In this document: piece by piece, positions 8,927-18,338 of the stretch
Numbering within the stretch: position 1 is the stretch's first letter
Layout of the letters: each line of letters begins with the position of its first letter
Source of the DNA: Deltaproteobacteria bacterium
Lineage (GTDB): Bacteria > Myxococcota_A > Polyangia > Fen-1088
Length of the DNA stretch: 64,000 bases
Assembly: GCA_033763315.1 (NCBI GenBank)
Contig: JANRKS010000006.1
Coordinates: 160,001-224,000, forward strand
Direction of reading: 5' to 3'
Made by a program: the position numbers and the translations under genes
The notes under the pieces: generated by a model
What the model was told of the DNA's origin: nothing
Database searches by the model: none
The model's input: the letters and a program-made list of their open reading frames with translations, nothing else

Positions 8927-10143
8927 CGCGCATGCCGTTGACGGAAGAGAGTTTCCGCGATCAAGCGATCGATTACCTGGATAACCTGCTGAGCGAAGAA
9001 GATCGCGCGGCCTTTGAGGAGGCGTGTCGAAAGAATCCTGTATGGGCCACGTACGTTTCCGAACTTGGCACCACATGGCGGCGTGCGGGGCGCTTGTTGC
9101 AACAGGCACAGGAAGCAGCGCCTGCGCGCGTGATGGCGCACGTTATGGCGGAGGCTGAAAAACGCGCCGCAGTGCTGGCCGCCACCACGGTGCCAACGAT
9201 GCCCGCCGTGCAAGCGGCGCGGCCCGCGCGCGATCTGTGGTCAGTGGTGAAAGGCTGGTTCGCTCGGCCTTGGCTGGCACCTGTCTTGGTGGCCACGGCC
9301 GCGGTTGGGTTCTATGTGTTTTCGCAGGAAAGCTGGAAGTCGGCCCGTCCGCAATCAATGGCCCTGGATCCTGTGCAGCAGGAGGTGGCAAAAGAAGAAT
9401 CCGTTGATCCGCAGGTGGGGCCTGGGGCGGCGAGGTCGTCTATGAATCCGAAGGAAGCGCTTGCCGAGCGAAAGGCAGACGCTGTTGTTGAACGAAGATC
9501 GCACGCGCGTGGCGGCGTGCCCGCCAAAGCCGCTGACAGGCGGGCCATGAAACCAGCCGCCCGCAAAGCCAAGACGCAAGAGCGGGACGACGACACGCTT
9601 GGCGGTCTCCTTGACGAAGGGCCTGCCGCAGGTTGGGGATCTGGCAAAGGCGAGGGTTATGCAGCGCCACCCTCGGGCTGGCGTGGGTCTGCAGAAAAGA
9701 AGGTGGCTGCGGATGGCGTGAACCAGATGCCAGCACCGCGGCCGGAGCCGACGGCCGAGGCACCCAAACGCGTGCCGGCGCCGTCAAGCGGCGGCAGCGC
9801 CGGCGCGCGCGCGCCTTCTCTCTCCGCTGCGCCACCGCCCTTGGCCGCTGCACCACCCCCCGCCGCCGCTCCGGCGCCCCCCGCCGCCGCACCGGCCTCG
9901 CCCGCGCAAGGGTTCATGCGAAACAGCGAAGCGGAGGAAGCGGCGCCCTCAGACGCCGAGAATGCGAAGGCGCCCGCGTTGTCGCGTGCCGATCTGCTGC
10001 AAAAAGCGGCCTTTGCCGAAACGAATGGCGACTGGCAGAGCGCGGTGCAAACCTACCGCGAACTGCTGCGGCGTTTTCCTCACGATAAAGACGCCGCTCG
10101 CTGGAAACAACGCCTGGTCACGGCCAGCTCACACCTGCGCTAA
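8923..10143 (+). CDS. Membrane anti-sigma factor with Pro/Ala-rich linker and C-terminal TPR-like helices
   Basis: ATGA overlap with the sigma gene. N-terminal DYLDNLLSEEDRAAFEE is ASD/zf-HC2-like but lacks HxxxCxxC. One TM segment; C-terminal GDWQSAVQTYRELLRRFP. Confidence 0.8.
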   Translation: MTRMPLTEESFRDQAIDYLDNLLSEEDRAAFEEACRKNPVWATYVSELGTTWRRAGRLLQQAQEAAPARVMAHVMAEAEKRAAVLAATTVPTMPAVQAARPARDLWSVVKGWFARPWLAPVLVATAAVGFYVFSQESWKSARPQSMALDPVQQEVAKEESVDPQVGPGAARSSMNPKEALAERKADAVVERRSHARGGVPAKAADRRAMKPAARKAKTQERDDDTLGGLLDEGPAAGWGSGKGEGYAAPPSGWRGSAEKKVAADGVNQMPAPRPEPTAEAPKRVPAPSSGGSAGARAPSLSAAPPPLAAAPPPAAAPAPPAAAPASPAQGFMRNSEAEEAAPSDAENAKAPALSRADLLQKAAFAETNGDWQSAVQTYRELLRRFPHDKDAARWKQRLVTASSHLR

Positions 10144-11153
10144 ACGTTCACGCGGTTGATGTCGAGCGTTCCTTGCGCTTCATCCCACTGCACATCCAAC
10201 GTGCCGCGCGGTTGCTCTTGCAAACAAGCCGCCGGTTGCACGGACGCCATTCGCACGGCTTCATCAAACGAAACGCCCGCGTACTTCATCACCAACGCCA
10301 CGGCGCGGTTCATTGTGAGCGCCGAGCCGGCCAAGCGACCATCATCTGTGCGGCTGGCGCGGCCGTGGGCGTCCAGTGCCACGTCGATGTCGCCCAAGGT
10401 GTAGCGCCCCGGTGCTTGCCCGGCCGCGGCCATCGCGTCGGTGACCAAGACCGCGCGCCCTGGCGTTTTGGCGCGCACCATGATCTTCACGCTGTTTGGC
10501 TCAAGATGGTGCCCATCCACAATCAATCCCGCGGTCAATTGATCGGCACCAAGCTGTTGCCAGATCACGTTGTCATACCGGGGCAGGGTGCGCGCTGTGG
10601 CGTTGCCTAAATGCGTGCTCATGGTTGCACCCGCCGCCACGGCGTCGCGCACTTGTTGGCCGTTGGCATTCGAATGACCAATGGCCACCACCACACCCTG
10701 GGCCACAGCGAATTCAATCAAGGCGAGCGCGCCCGGCATTTCCGGCGCCAACGTCAGCAAGCGCACGCGACCCTGCGCGGCGTCTTGCCGGCGTTGAAAA
10801 TCATCTATGGCGGCAGGTTGCACCAAGGGCTTCGGGTGGGCGCCGCGCGGTCCATCAGCGCCGTTGATGTAAGGCCCTTCAAGATGAAAGCCCGCGACGG
10901 ACGGCAGCGACGTGTGTAACCACGGCCTCACGCACGCGGTGAAATGTTCGACCGTGCACGTGATGAACGTCGGCAAAAACCGGGTGACGCCGGTGGCCGC
11001 CATGGCCGCGGCCGCGTGGGTCAACGCCTCTGCGGAAACTCCGGGCGTGTTGAAATCCACGCCTGCGAAACCATTGACCTGCAGATCGAAAAAACCAGGG
11101 ACCAAAGCGGTGTGCACAGCGCCTTCACTTTGAGGCACGCGGCGGTCTTGCAC
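10140..11153 (-). CDS. nagA: N-acetylglucosamine-6-phosphate deacetylase-like amidohydrolase
   Basis: PGFFDLQVNG, HLEGPYI..GAH, TLAPE, GHS, THLGNA, DGHH, VTDA, LAGS. Start may be GTG 11117. Confidence 0.85.
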   Translation of the reverse strand: MQDRRVPQSEGAVHTALVPGFFDLQVNGFAGVDFNTPGVSAEALTHAAAAMAATGVTRFLPTFITCTVEHFTACVRPWLHTSLPSVAGFHLEGPYINGADGPRGAHPKPLVQPAAIDDFQRRQDAAQGRVRLLTLAPEMPGALALIEFAVAQGVVVAIGHSNANGQQVRDAVAAGATMSTHLGNATARTLPRYDNVIWQQLGADQLTAGLIVDGHHLEPNSVKIMVRAKTPGRAVLVTDAMAAAGQAPGRYTLGDIDVALDAHGRASRTDDGRLAGSALTMNRAVALVMKYAGVSFDEAVRMASVQPAACLQEQPRGTLDVQWDEAQGTLDINRVNV

Positions 11154-11163
11154 AAGCGCTGGC

Positions 11164-11892
11164 TCAGTTCACCACGATGCCACTTAACGTCGAGTTGTTT
11201 TCGTCACAGGCGTTTTTGCCCGAGTTGCATAGCTCCGGAGGCACCACATTGTTGGTTACACCCGTGGGAATCAGCTCTGGCGTTGGGCCCAACACGACTT
11301 CGAGCACCACATTGGTGCGCCCATCCGCCGCTGTGCCTTGCGATCGCACAAGCACCGTGTTGTTCGTGTCGATCGTATAGTTTCCTTGTCGCAAATCAGA
11401 GGCATCGTTGCGGATCCAAACGGTGTACGTGCCCATGTTCGTGGCTGTCGGCGCGTTGCCCGTGCCCACGTCCCGGCCAAAGGTGGGCGGCGGATAAGCC
11501 ACGTTCAGCAGTGGCACGCCCGCTTGATCCACCATCACGGCCCCCACGCCATTGGGTTGCCCCGTCACCGGATCCACTTGTGTCGGCACCCGATCGCTGC
11601 CTGGATTCAAGCCGCCAAGCACCGTTGGCAGATCAGGCGCCACCGGATCGTTCAAGATCGCGCGCGCCCTCTCGATGCCCGCCTCGGCCACGTACAAAGC
11701 GTTGCTGCGCAAGTTCACGTTCGCGCTCATCTGCAGGTTGCCGTTGGTCAACCATAAGGCGGTCATCCCCAACCCCATCAGCGTGACCAGCACCATCATC
11801 ACCACGATCAAGACGGCGCCCCTGTCGCGCACGCGCGCCGCAGGCGGGTCCACGCCCGCCTTCCATGAACGGGATCTGCACAGATCGATCAT
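11164..11892 (-). CDS. pilX: PilX-like minor pilin, paralog 2
   Basis: Class III signal RDRG|AVLIVVMMVL without Glu5; ALYVAEAGIE motif; start overlaps the paralog 1 stop (ATGA). Confidence 0.85.
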   Translation of the reverse strand: MIDLCRSRSWKAGVDPPAARVRDRGAVLIVVMMVLVTLMGLGMTALWLTNGNLQMSANVNLRSNALYVAEAGIERARAILNDPVAPDLPTVLGGLNPGSDRVPTQVDPVTGQPNGVGAVMVDQAGVPLLNVAYPPPTFGRDVGTGNAPTATNMGTYTVWIRNDASDLRQGNYTIDTNNTVLVRSQGTAADGRTNVVLEVVLGPTPELIPTGVTNNVVPPELCNSGKNACDENNSTLSGIVVN

Positions 11893-12587
11893 TGCGCCAC
11901 GACGCCGTATTGTGTGGAATTGTTGTCATCGCAGGCGTTCTTGCCAGCGTTGCACAGCACGGGAGGCGGAGGCCCACCTGCGCCCGGCATGTTGGCCGCC
12001 GCCGGTGAAGGGCCCAAGCTCACTTCCAAAACCACCGAGGTTCGACCATCACGGGCCACGCCACGTGAACGCACCACAACGGCGCTGTTGCCGTCCACCA
12101 AGAACTGGCCGCGCCGCAGTTCAGGCGCGTCGTTGCGGATCCAGACCGTGTATGTACCCATCGTCTCGGCGGTGCTCGTGGACGCCACACGTCCGAACGA
12201 TGGCGGCGGGTAAACCACGTTCACGAGCGGCAGTCCAGGCGTGGCGATGGGATCAGGGACGTTCATCATCACGGCGCCGATTCCATTGGCCGCGCCCGTA
12301 ACGGCATCCACCAACGTGGGCACATTGTCCAACGGGTGTGTGGAACCCGCAAGCAGCACAGGCATGTTTGGCGGCGTAGGCCCGTTGAGGATCGCGCGCG
12401 CTTGTTCAATGCCCGCTTCGGCCACGTAAAGCGCGTTGGCGCGCAAATTCACATTCGTTCCCACTTGCAGGTTGCCGCTGGTCATCCACAACGCCGTCAT
12501 CCCCATGCCCATCAGAACGAGCAGCACCATCATCACAACAACGAGGACAGCACCCTGATCGTTTCTGCGTTGTGGTTGTGAAAGCAT
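11889..12587 (-). CDS. pilX: PilX-like minor pilin, paralog 1
   Basis: NDQG|AVLVVVMMVL without Glu5; ALYVAEAGIE; ATG 12587 lies 10 nt after the pilW stop. Confidence 0.85.
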   Translation of the reverse strand: MLSQPQRRNDQGAVLVVVMMVLLVLMGMGMTALWMTSGNLQVGTNVNLRANALYVAEAGIEQARAILNGPTPPNMPVLLAGSTHPLDNVPTLVDAVTGAANGIGAVMMNVPDPIATPGLPLVNVVYPPPSFGRVASTSTAETMGTYTVWIRNDAPELRRGQFLVDGNSAVVVRSRGVARDGRTSVVLEVSLGPSPAAANMPGAGGPPPPVLCNAGKNACDDNNSTQYGVVAQ

Positions 12588-12597
12588 GACTTCGCCC

Positions 12598-13815
12598 CTA
12601 GTTCCGTGGAAACACGGTTGTGCTGATCGTGCGATGACGGAACATATCGAAAGCGCCCGGGATGCCATCTTCGACGGCCGGCTTGCGGTTGTTGGGCAAC
12701 CCTCGCAGGTTCTCGTCGGGCGCCAAAGAACGCGCGAGCAAAGTGACGCGAATGGCTTGCGGGCGGTTGCAACCGTTCACGGGCGGTACATCGCCGGCAA
12801 TGTTGTATGTCCACTCGTCCAAGGTGCTTGGATCTTCGATCAAGGTGCCGTCCGCAGGCGTGCCCACGGCGGCACCACGCAAGTCGCACGCGAAGGCCAC
12901 CTGCAAATCTTCGATGCCCTCGGCCAACGTTTGGGGGGGCAAGGTGGGATTGTCGAGGCGGGTCATCTCTAGAACGGGCGTACCGCCGACGGGTGCATTG
13001 ATGGCAAACCGCACCCAGTTCAATTGACCGAAGTTGCGAATGCCGGCGTTTGTCGCGTCGTAGGCGAAGGGCACCATCGGCGCCAAGTTGGCCGTGGGAT
13101 TCCAAAGCGATCCGGCGCTTAGCGTGTCGAGCAGGTTTGTGCCCGCGGTGATACCAACGATCTGCAGCAGCGTGCACCCGCGATCGAAGTTGCCGGACAG
13201 AGGGATGGCTGTGTTGTCGACGAGCACGATGAACTCGTTGTTGCGAAAAGCCGTGGTCAGGCCAGCCGCTGTGTTGATGGTGGATCGAGGCGTACCCACG
13301 GGCACAGTGGAAGCCAAGCGCGCGTCTGCGAAATTGCCGGAGGTGCCTACGCCGTAGGCCACAATGATGGCGTCGGGCGCGCCATTGGCGCCGTTTTGGA
13401 TCCACAAAGGCGCGATGCGCGCCGCGCCCGTGCCGTAAAACGGCGTGGCGTTGACGAGCGCGGCGTTCACGAACGCGCGCAAGCCTGTGGCAGGCGGCGT
13501 GTTGCCGGGCCCACTGACAGGGGGAGGATCGCCATTGTCAGCTCCGATGCCGTCTGAGTCAGGGCGCACACAACCCACCATGCCCGTGCCGGCCGCGCGC
13601 AAGTTGCGCGTGATGGTCTCCATCGCGGCCCACAAGTTTTGTTGAATGTTCAACAGTTTGGTCTGCGTTTCGTAAACCTGTTTTTGACCCGCAAAGAACA
13701 AGAAGGTTGAGCTTGTGACCAGCCCCGCGATCACCATGGTGACCAACAGTTCAACCAAGGTGACGCCAGCGTCTTTTTGCCAGGCGCCTGCGTTGACCCG
13801 ATGGCGTTTCACCAT
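12598..13815 (-). CDS. pilW: PilW-like minor pilin
   Basis: DAG|VTLVELLVTM; RNLRAAG; C-terminal LAEGIEDLQV, AIRVTLLARS, TTVFPRN. Confidence 0.88.
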   Translation of the reverse strand: MVKRHRVNAGAWQKDAGVTLVELLVTMVIAGLVTSSTFLFFAGQKQVYETQTKLLNIQQNLWAAMETITRNLRAAGTGMVGCVRPDSDGIGADNGDPPPVSGPGNTPPATGLRAFVNAALVNATPFYGTGAARIAPLWIQNGANGAPDAIIVAYGVGTSGNFADARLASTVPVGTPRSTINTAAGLTTAFRNNEFIVLVDNTAIPLSGNFDRGCTLLQIVGITAGTNLLDTLSAGSLWNPTANLAPMVPFAYDATNAGIRNFGQLNWVRFAINAPVGGTPVLEMTRLDNPTLPPQTLAEGIEDLQVAFACDLRGAAVGTPADGTLIEDPSTLDEWTYNIAGDVPPVNGCNRPQAIRVTLLARSLAPDENLRGLPNNRKPAVEDGIPGAFDMFRHRTISTTVFPRN

Positions 13816-14255
13816 TCTTTCCTCCGCTCAACGTCGAGGCGCACCACCTTTGGCATGCCGCTGTCCAAGTTGTAGGTGATGGTCACCGAGATGTCGTAGG
13901 GCAGACCCGCGCCCGTGTTCAGCACACGCCATTGCCGCGCCCAGCGGTTGGTGGGCGACTGAGCGCCGACCCGCCCGTTCACATCCAAGTATTCGATGGC
14001 GCTCCAGTTGCCGGTGGCGCGTGGCAAAAGCATATCGACCACCGGAGGCCCGCGACGGGTCACGCGTGCGTTGAACTCTTCGATGGATTGCGAAGCCAGT
14101 CGCATGGCGATCTGGCCATCGTTTGCGTTTTGCGTGGACGAAAGAACCGTTTGCTGAATGGCGAGGGTTCCCATCAAGCCGATCATCGCCAGCAAAATGG
14201 CAATCATGACCTCCACCAAGGTAAAGCCTGCCGAGGCTTTGCGCTGCCGAGCCAT
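13809..14255 (-). CDS. pilV: PilV-like minor pilin
   Basis: SAG|FTLVEVMIAI; about 148 aa; lies between the fimU- and pilW-like genes. Confidence 0.85.
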   Translation of the reverse strand: MARQRKASAGFTLVEVMIAILLAMIGLMGTLAIQQTVLSSTQNANDGQIAMRLASQSIEEFNARVTRRGPPVVDMLLPRATGNWSAIEYLDVNGRVGAQSPTNRWARQWRVLNTGAGLPYDISVTITYNLDSGMPKVVRLDVERRKEW

Positions 14256-14257
14256 GT

Positions 14258-14884
14258 TTACCGACCCTCCCGCAACTGGACGTAACCGGTGAGGGCCGTG
14301 ACGTCGATGCGTGCGTTGCGAAAAGGATGATTGGCGGGAAGTGTGGAGTTGCGTATCCAAATGAACGCGGGTGTCCATTGCGGTTGGCCCACAACCTGAA
14401 TCCCGCCCAACGTCGTGAATTGCACTTCAACCATCGTGGCCGTGGTCAACACCGGGCCCGAGGGCGCGGTATTTGTGGTGGTCACGTCTAAAATTTCCAC
14501 GCCGTTCTTCGCTTGCAGCACGCGGATCACCGGATCCGTGGTCAGCGGCAGAATCGGCGGATCGCCCAAGGCCACACCGGGCCGGGCGATGCGAAACTCC
14601 ACGCGGTCGCTGAAAAAATACGCATGCACGGGCAGGCGTTCCGCCACGGCTTCGTTCTTTGAACGTTGCAGATCCTTCGCCAAGGACCCCGTGAACCCGC
14701 GCACATCAGACTCTTTGCGGTCACCCGTCATCATGGGCGCGGCGACCGCCGCCAAAATGCCCACGATAACCACGGTGACCAACAGCTCGATCAGCGTGAA
14801 GCCACTGTCGCCGTCGGCAGACCTGTCGCTCGCCCTCTTAGTAGATCGATGGTTTTGCCGTCTGGAGCGTGGCGTTGCGTGCAT
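14258..14884 (-). CDS. fimU: FimU/FimT (GspH)-like minor pilin
   Basis: DSG|FTLIELLVTVVIVGILAAVAAP; DLQRSKNEAV; FTTLG; C-terminal TGYV. Confidence 0.85.
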   Translation of the reverse strand: MHATPRSRRQNHRSTKRASDRSADGDSGFTLIELLVTVVIVGILAAVAAPMMTGDRKESDVRGFTGSLAKDLQRSKNEAVAERLPVHAYFFSDRVEFRIARPGVALGDPPILPLTTDPVIRVLQAKNGVEILDVTTTNTAPSGPVLTTATMVEVQFTTLGGIQVVGQPQWTPAFIWIRNSTLPANHPFRNARIDVTALTGYVQLREGR

Positions 14885-14909
14885 GAAGGGAAAACCCCAA
14901 TTCCCCTAT

Positions 14910-14925
14910 TGCAAGTCGGCAGCCA
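14910..14925 (-). promoter_or_regulatory. Sigma54 -24/-12 promoter of the minor pilin operon
   Basis: Minus strand TGGCTGCCGACTTGCA = GG-N10-GC with TTGCA, 25 nt upstream of the fimU ATG. Confidence 0.65.
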
Positions 14926-15097
14926 CGGCTATGACTTAAGGATATTCGTGCCTTGCGCGTCTCATGCGCCTCTAAACCGCCGCGCAAGTGACAATTTTGG
15001 GCCGGCAGTCGGCTTTGACTGCGCAAATTCGTTCAGGGCGACAACGTCCGAGGTGTGCGCTCATGCCGGCCCGTCACACACGTTTACGCGGGCGCCC

Positions 15098-15838
15098 TTA
15101 GAGCTTCTTCGCGATGTCCTTGCCTGCGGCGCGATCCAAGTACCAGGTTGTGTTGCCCGCACGCGGGTTAATGCGTGCGGCGGGAAACTTCTCACGCCCC
15201 GGCACGCGCCCGATGATGGTGGCCAGCATGTTGGCCTTGTTGGCGCCTGTGACCACAAAGGCAACATGCGACGCGGCGTTGATGAGCTCGTAAGTGAACG
15301 ACACGCGCTTTTGCCCTGTGCTGGGATGAGACGCCACCCCGCACAGTTCGTTCGCGGCTTGCAGCTCCTGCTCGGGAAACAGCGATGCGGTGTGACCGTC
15401 GTCGCCCATGCCCAGCAACACCCAATCAAACCGCGGGAGGCCGCCCCTTTGGCGCTCCACAACGTTGCGAATCTCGTCGGCATAACGCGCCGACTCGGCC
15501 TCGGGTGCGTTCTCTCCAACGATGCGATGAATCTGCTCGGCGCGAATCGGCACATGGTTCAGCATCACTTCGCTTGCCATGTGAAAGTTGCTGTCTGCCG
15601 CGTTGGGAGGCACGCAACGTTCATCGCCCCAAAACAGCTCCAAGCAGTGCCATGGCATCTCGTTCACGAATTCCGGGCCGGACAGATGCTGGTAAAGCAG
15701 CTTGGGGGTGGTTCCGCCTGACAAAGCCAATGCAAACCGACGCTGCGCCGAGGCCGCCAGGCGGGCCGCGGCCACCAAATCATGAGCGACACGTTTGGCC
15801 ACCGTGTCCGCGTCCTTCGCGATGACAATGTTCTCCAT
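15098..15838 (-). CDS. pgl: 6-phosphogluconolactonase
   Basis: ALSGGTTP, FWGDERCVP, SN, LLGMGDDGHTASLFP. Start set at ATG 15838. Confidence 0.95.
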   Translation of the reverse strand: MENIVIAKDADTVAKRVAHDLVAAARLAASAQRRFALALSGGTTPKLLYQHLSGPEFVNEMPWHCLELFWGDERCVPPNAADSNFHMASEVMLNHVPIRAEQIHRIVGENAPEAESARYADEIRNVVERQRGGLPRFDWVLLGMGDDGHTASLFPEQELQAANELCGVASHPSTGQKRVSFTYELINAASHVAFVVTGANKANMLATIIGRVPGREKFPAARINPRAGNTTWYLDRAAGKDIAKKL

Positions 15839-15929
15839 TTCGCGGCGCCTAGTCTCACACGACCCGCCGTGTTTTGCACGCAAGCACACGCCGACCCCAG
15901 CGGGGGGACGGCCCCGTCGCCATCGAGGC

Positions 15930-16925
15930 TTATGGCCGGGGTCCCGCAGCCTTGCGAAGGCGATCCGCCACGGCCAGGCCGAGGCCCTCCGGCAGCGGCA
16001 GTGTGGTCAAGGCCACGTGGCAGCCCCGCTCGTCCACTTCCCGCAAAGCCGCGTACAACCGCTGCGCCGCGCGTGCTGGATCCGAAGGCAGCGCGATGGC
16101 AACCACGCCTGGGGGCCAGTCGGCCTGTGTGTCTTCCGTCAGCACAGCCACCCGCAGGCCTTGCGCCGCCAAAGTGGCCGCTTCGCTCACCAACTCGCGC
16201 GGTGGCACCAACCGCACCGGCGCCTCGGGCGCGTAGTGCGATTCCAATTGGCCAGGCGCGCGCACCGTCTCGCTGCGGCGCTCGAACACGGGCTGCCCCG
16301 CCACCCGCGAAAGCTCAGCCAACGATACGCCCCCCGGCCGAAGCACAGCCGCCACACCCGCCTCGGGATCAACCTGCGACACATCCACGATCGTAGATTC
16401 CACACCCACGTCGCAGGGACCGCCGTCCAAGATCAAATCAACCGCATCGCCCAGGCTTTGTGCCACGTGTGCCGCCGTCGTGGGACTGACGCCGCCAAAC
16501 CGGTTGGCCGATGGCGCCGCAACCCCTGTCCCCAGCGCCCGAATCAAGCCTAGGGCCACCGGGTGCTTAGGAACGCGCAGAGCCACTGTGTCGAGCCCGC
16601 CGGTCACAGCGGTGAGTGTGTTCGGGTGCCGCCGAACGATCACGGTGAGCGGTCCGGGCCAAAACGCGCGCATGAAGGCCTGCGCCACATTGCTAAGGTT
16701 GATCGCCCAGGTGTGCACTTGATCGAGGTCGCTTAGGTGCACAATCAACGGGTGCGTCGAAGGTCGGCCCTTCGCAGCGAAGACGCGCGCCACAGCCGCG
16801 GGCTGGGTGGCGTCGGCGGCCAGCCCGTAAACTGTTTCGGTGGGCATGGCCACAAGCCCGCCCGCGCGCAGTGTCTCAGCCGCACGTGCAATGTTTTGGG
16901 GGGTGGGGGGCAGGATCGTGGCCAT
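15930..16925 (-). CDS. tsaC: Threonylcarbamoyl-AMP synthase (Sua5 type)
   Basis: PTETVYGL, AKGRPS.HPLIVH, FWPGPLT, AAPSANRFG, APGQLESHYAP, C-terminal SUA5 domain. Confidence 0.95.
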   Translation of the reverse strand: MATILPPTPQNIARAAETLRAGGLVAMPTETVYGLAADATQPAAVARVFAAKGRPSTHPLIVHLSDLDQVHTWAINLSNVAQAFMRAFWPGPLTVIVRRHPNTLTAVTGGLDTVALRVPKHPVALGLIRALGTGVAAPSANRFGGVSPTTAAHVAQSLGDAVDLILDGGPCDVGVESTIVDVSQVDPEAGVAAVLRPGGVSLAELSRVAGQPVFERRSETVRAPGQLESHYAPEAPVRLVPPRELVSEAATLAAQGLRVAVLTEDTQADWPPGVVAIALPSDPARAAQRLYAALREVDERGCHVALTTLPLPEGLGLAVADRLRKAAGPRP

Positions 16926-17004
16926 AGCCGGGGCAACTTTGCCGGCCTAATGTGACGTCTTAGGCATCGAAAGTCGAGCGGACCATCTGCTATTGTGCGC
17001 CGCC

Positions 17005-18237
17005 ATGGCACGGATCAATGAGCACTACCGCAAGCTTGCAGCTGGTTACCTGTTTCCCGAGATTGGCCGCCGTGTAAAGGCGTTCTCAGAGGCGAACCCG
17101 AGCGCCCGCATCATTCGCTTGGGCATCGGCGACGTCACAGAGCCTTTGGCGCCCGCGATCATTGAGGCGATGACCGAAGCGGTGGCTGAGATGGGCAACC
17201 GCAGCACCTTCAAAGGATATGGCCCCGAGCAAGGTTACGGCTTCTTGATCGACGCCATCCGCGAGCACGACTACGCCAGCCGTGGCGTGGCGATTGCCGC
17301 CGATGAAGTGTTTGTCTCGGATGGCAGCAAGTGCGACAGCGCCAACATTCAAGAGATCTTCGATATGGGTGCGCGCATCGCGGTCACGGATCCTGTGTAC
17401 CCTGTTTATGTCGATTCAAACGTCATGGCTGGGCGCACGGGCGCCAACGACGGCAAGGGCCGCTACGAAGGCTTGGTTTACCTTGACGCCAACGAAGGCA
17501 ACGGCTTCGTGCCCGCGCCACCCAATGAAAGGGTGGATCTCGTTTACCTGTGCTCCCCAAACAACCCCACGGGGGCGGTGGCCACGCGCGAGCAACTCAC
17601 AGCGTGGGTCAACTGGGCGAACCAGAACGGCACGGTGATCGTCTTCGACGCTGCCTATGAAGCCTTCATTCGCGACCCGAAGTTGCCTCGCTCGATCTAT
17701 GAGATCCCTGGCGCCAAGACGTGTGCGCTTGAAATGCGCAGCTTCTCAAAGCGCGCCGGTTTCACCGGTGTGCGTTGCGCCTTCACCGTGGTTCCCAAAG
17801 AACTGGTGGGCACCACCGCCAGCGGCGAAAAGGTGCCGTTCAACACGTTGTGGTCGCGTCGTCACACCACAAAGTTCAATGGCGCCTCCTACATTGTGCA
17901 AAAGGGCGCGGCAGCGGCATACAACCCCAAAGGCCTGGCGGAAACGCAGGCGCAGGTGGCGTTCTACATGGAGAACGCCCAACTGCTGCGCGAAGGCTTG
18001 TCACGCGCGGGCTTCAACGTGTTTGGCGGTGAACACGCGCCTTACATTTGGATGAAGACGCGCAACGGCGTTGCGTCGTGGGACTTCTTTAACACCTTGC
18101 TCGAAAAAGCGAATGTCGTGGGCACGCCTGGCTCTGGCTTCGGGGCGGGCGGCGAAGGCTACTTCCGCTTGTCGGCGTTCAACAGCCGGCAGAACGTGTT
18201 GGAGGCGCTCGACCGCATTCAAAAAGCGTTCGCCTAA
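17005..18237 (+). CDS. dapL: LL-diaminopimelate aminotransferase
   Basis: [56 protein letters not shown]. Confidence 0.95.
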   Translation: MARINEHYRKLAAGYLFPEIGRRVKAFSEANPSARIIRLGIGDVTEPLAPAIIEAMTEAVAEMGNRSTFKGYGPEQGYGFLIDAIREHDYASRGVAIAADEVFVSDGSKCDSANIQEIFDMGARIAVTDPVYPVYVDSNVMAGRTGANDGKGRYEGLVYLDANEGNGFVPAPPNERVDLVYLCSPNNPTGAVATREQLTAWVNWANQNGTVIVFDAAYEAFIRDPKLPRSIYEIPGAKTCALEMRSFSKRAGFTGVRCAFTVVPKELVGTTASGEKVPFNTLWSRRHTTKFNGASYIVQKGAAAAYNPKGLAETQAQVAFYMENAQLLREGLSRAGFNVFGGEHAPYIWMKTRNGVASWDFFNTLLEKANVVGTPGSGFGAGGEGYFRLSAFNSRQNVLEALDRIQKAFA

Positions 18238-18258
18238 AACCAAAACACTCTCTCCAAT

Positions 18259-18288
18259 GGCCTCGTAGCTTCGGCTGTGGGGCCTTTT
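18259..18288 (+). terminator. Rho-independent terminator after dapL
   Basis: GGCCTCGTAGC-TTCG-GCTGTGGGGCC-TTTT. Confidence 0.75.
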
Positions 18289-18338
18289 CGCATTCTGTTT
18301 CGCAACCGCCACGGCGGCTTAGGCTACTGTGCTGGTTG

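Noticed and set aside
11164-12587. pilX duplication as an assembly artefact or DGR template/variable repeat
   Set aside because: The copies diverge throughout, including indels and synonymous changes, not only at adenines, and no reverse transcriptase is present.
14666-15721. 351-aa plus-strand ORF spanning fimU, the promoter region and pgl
   Set aside because: Antisense to two recognised genes with no recognisable domain.
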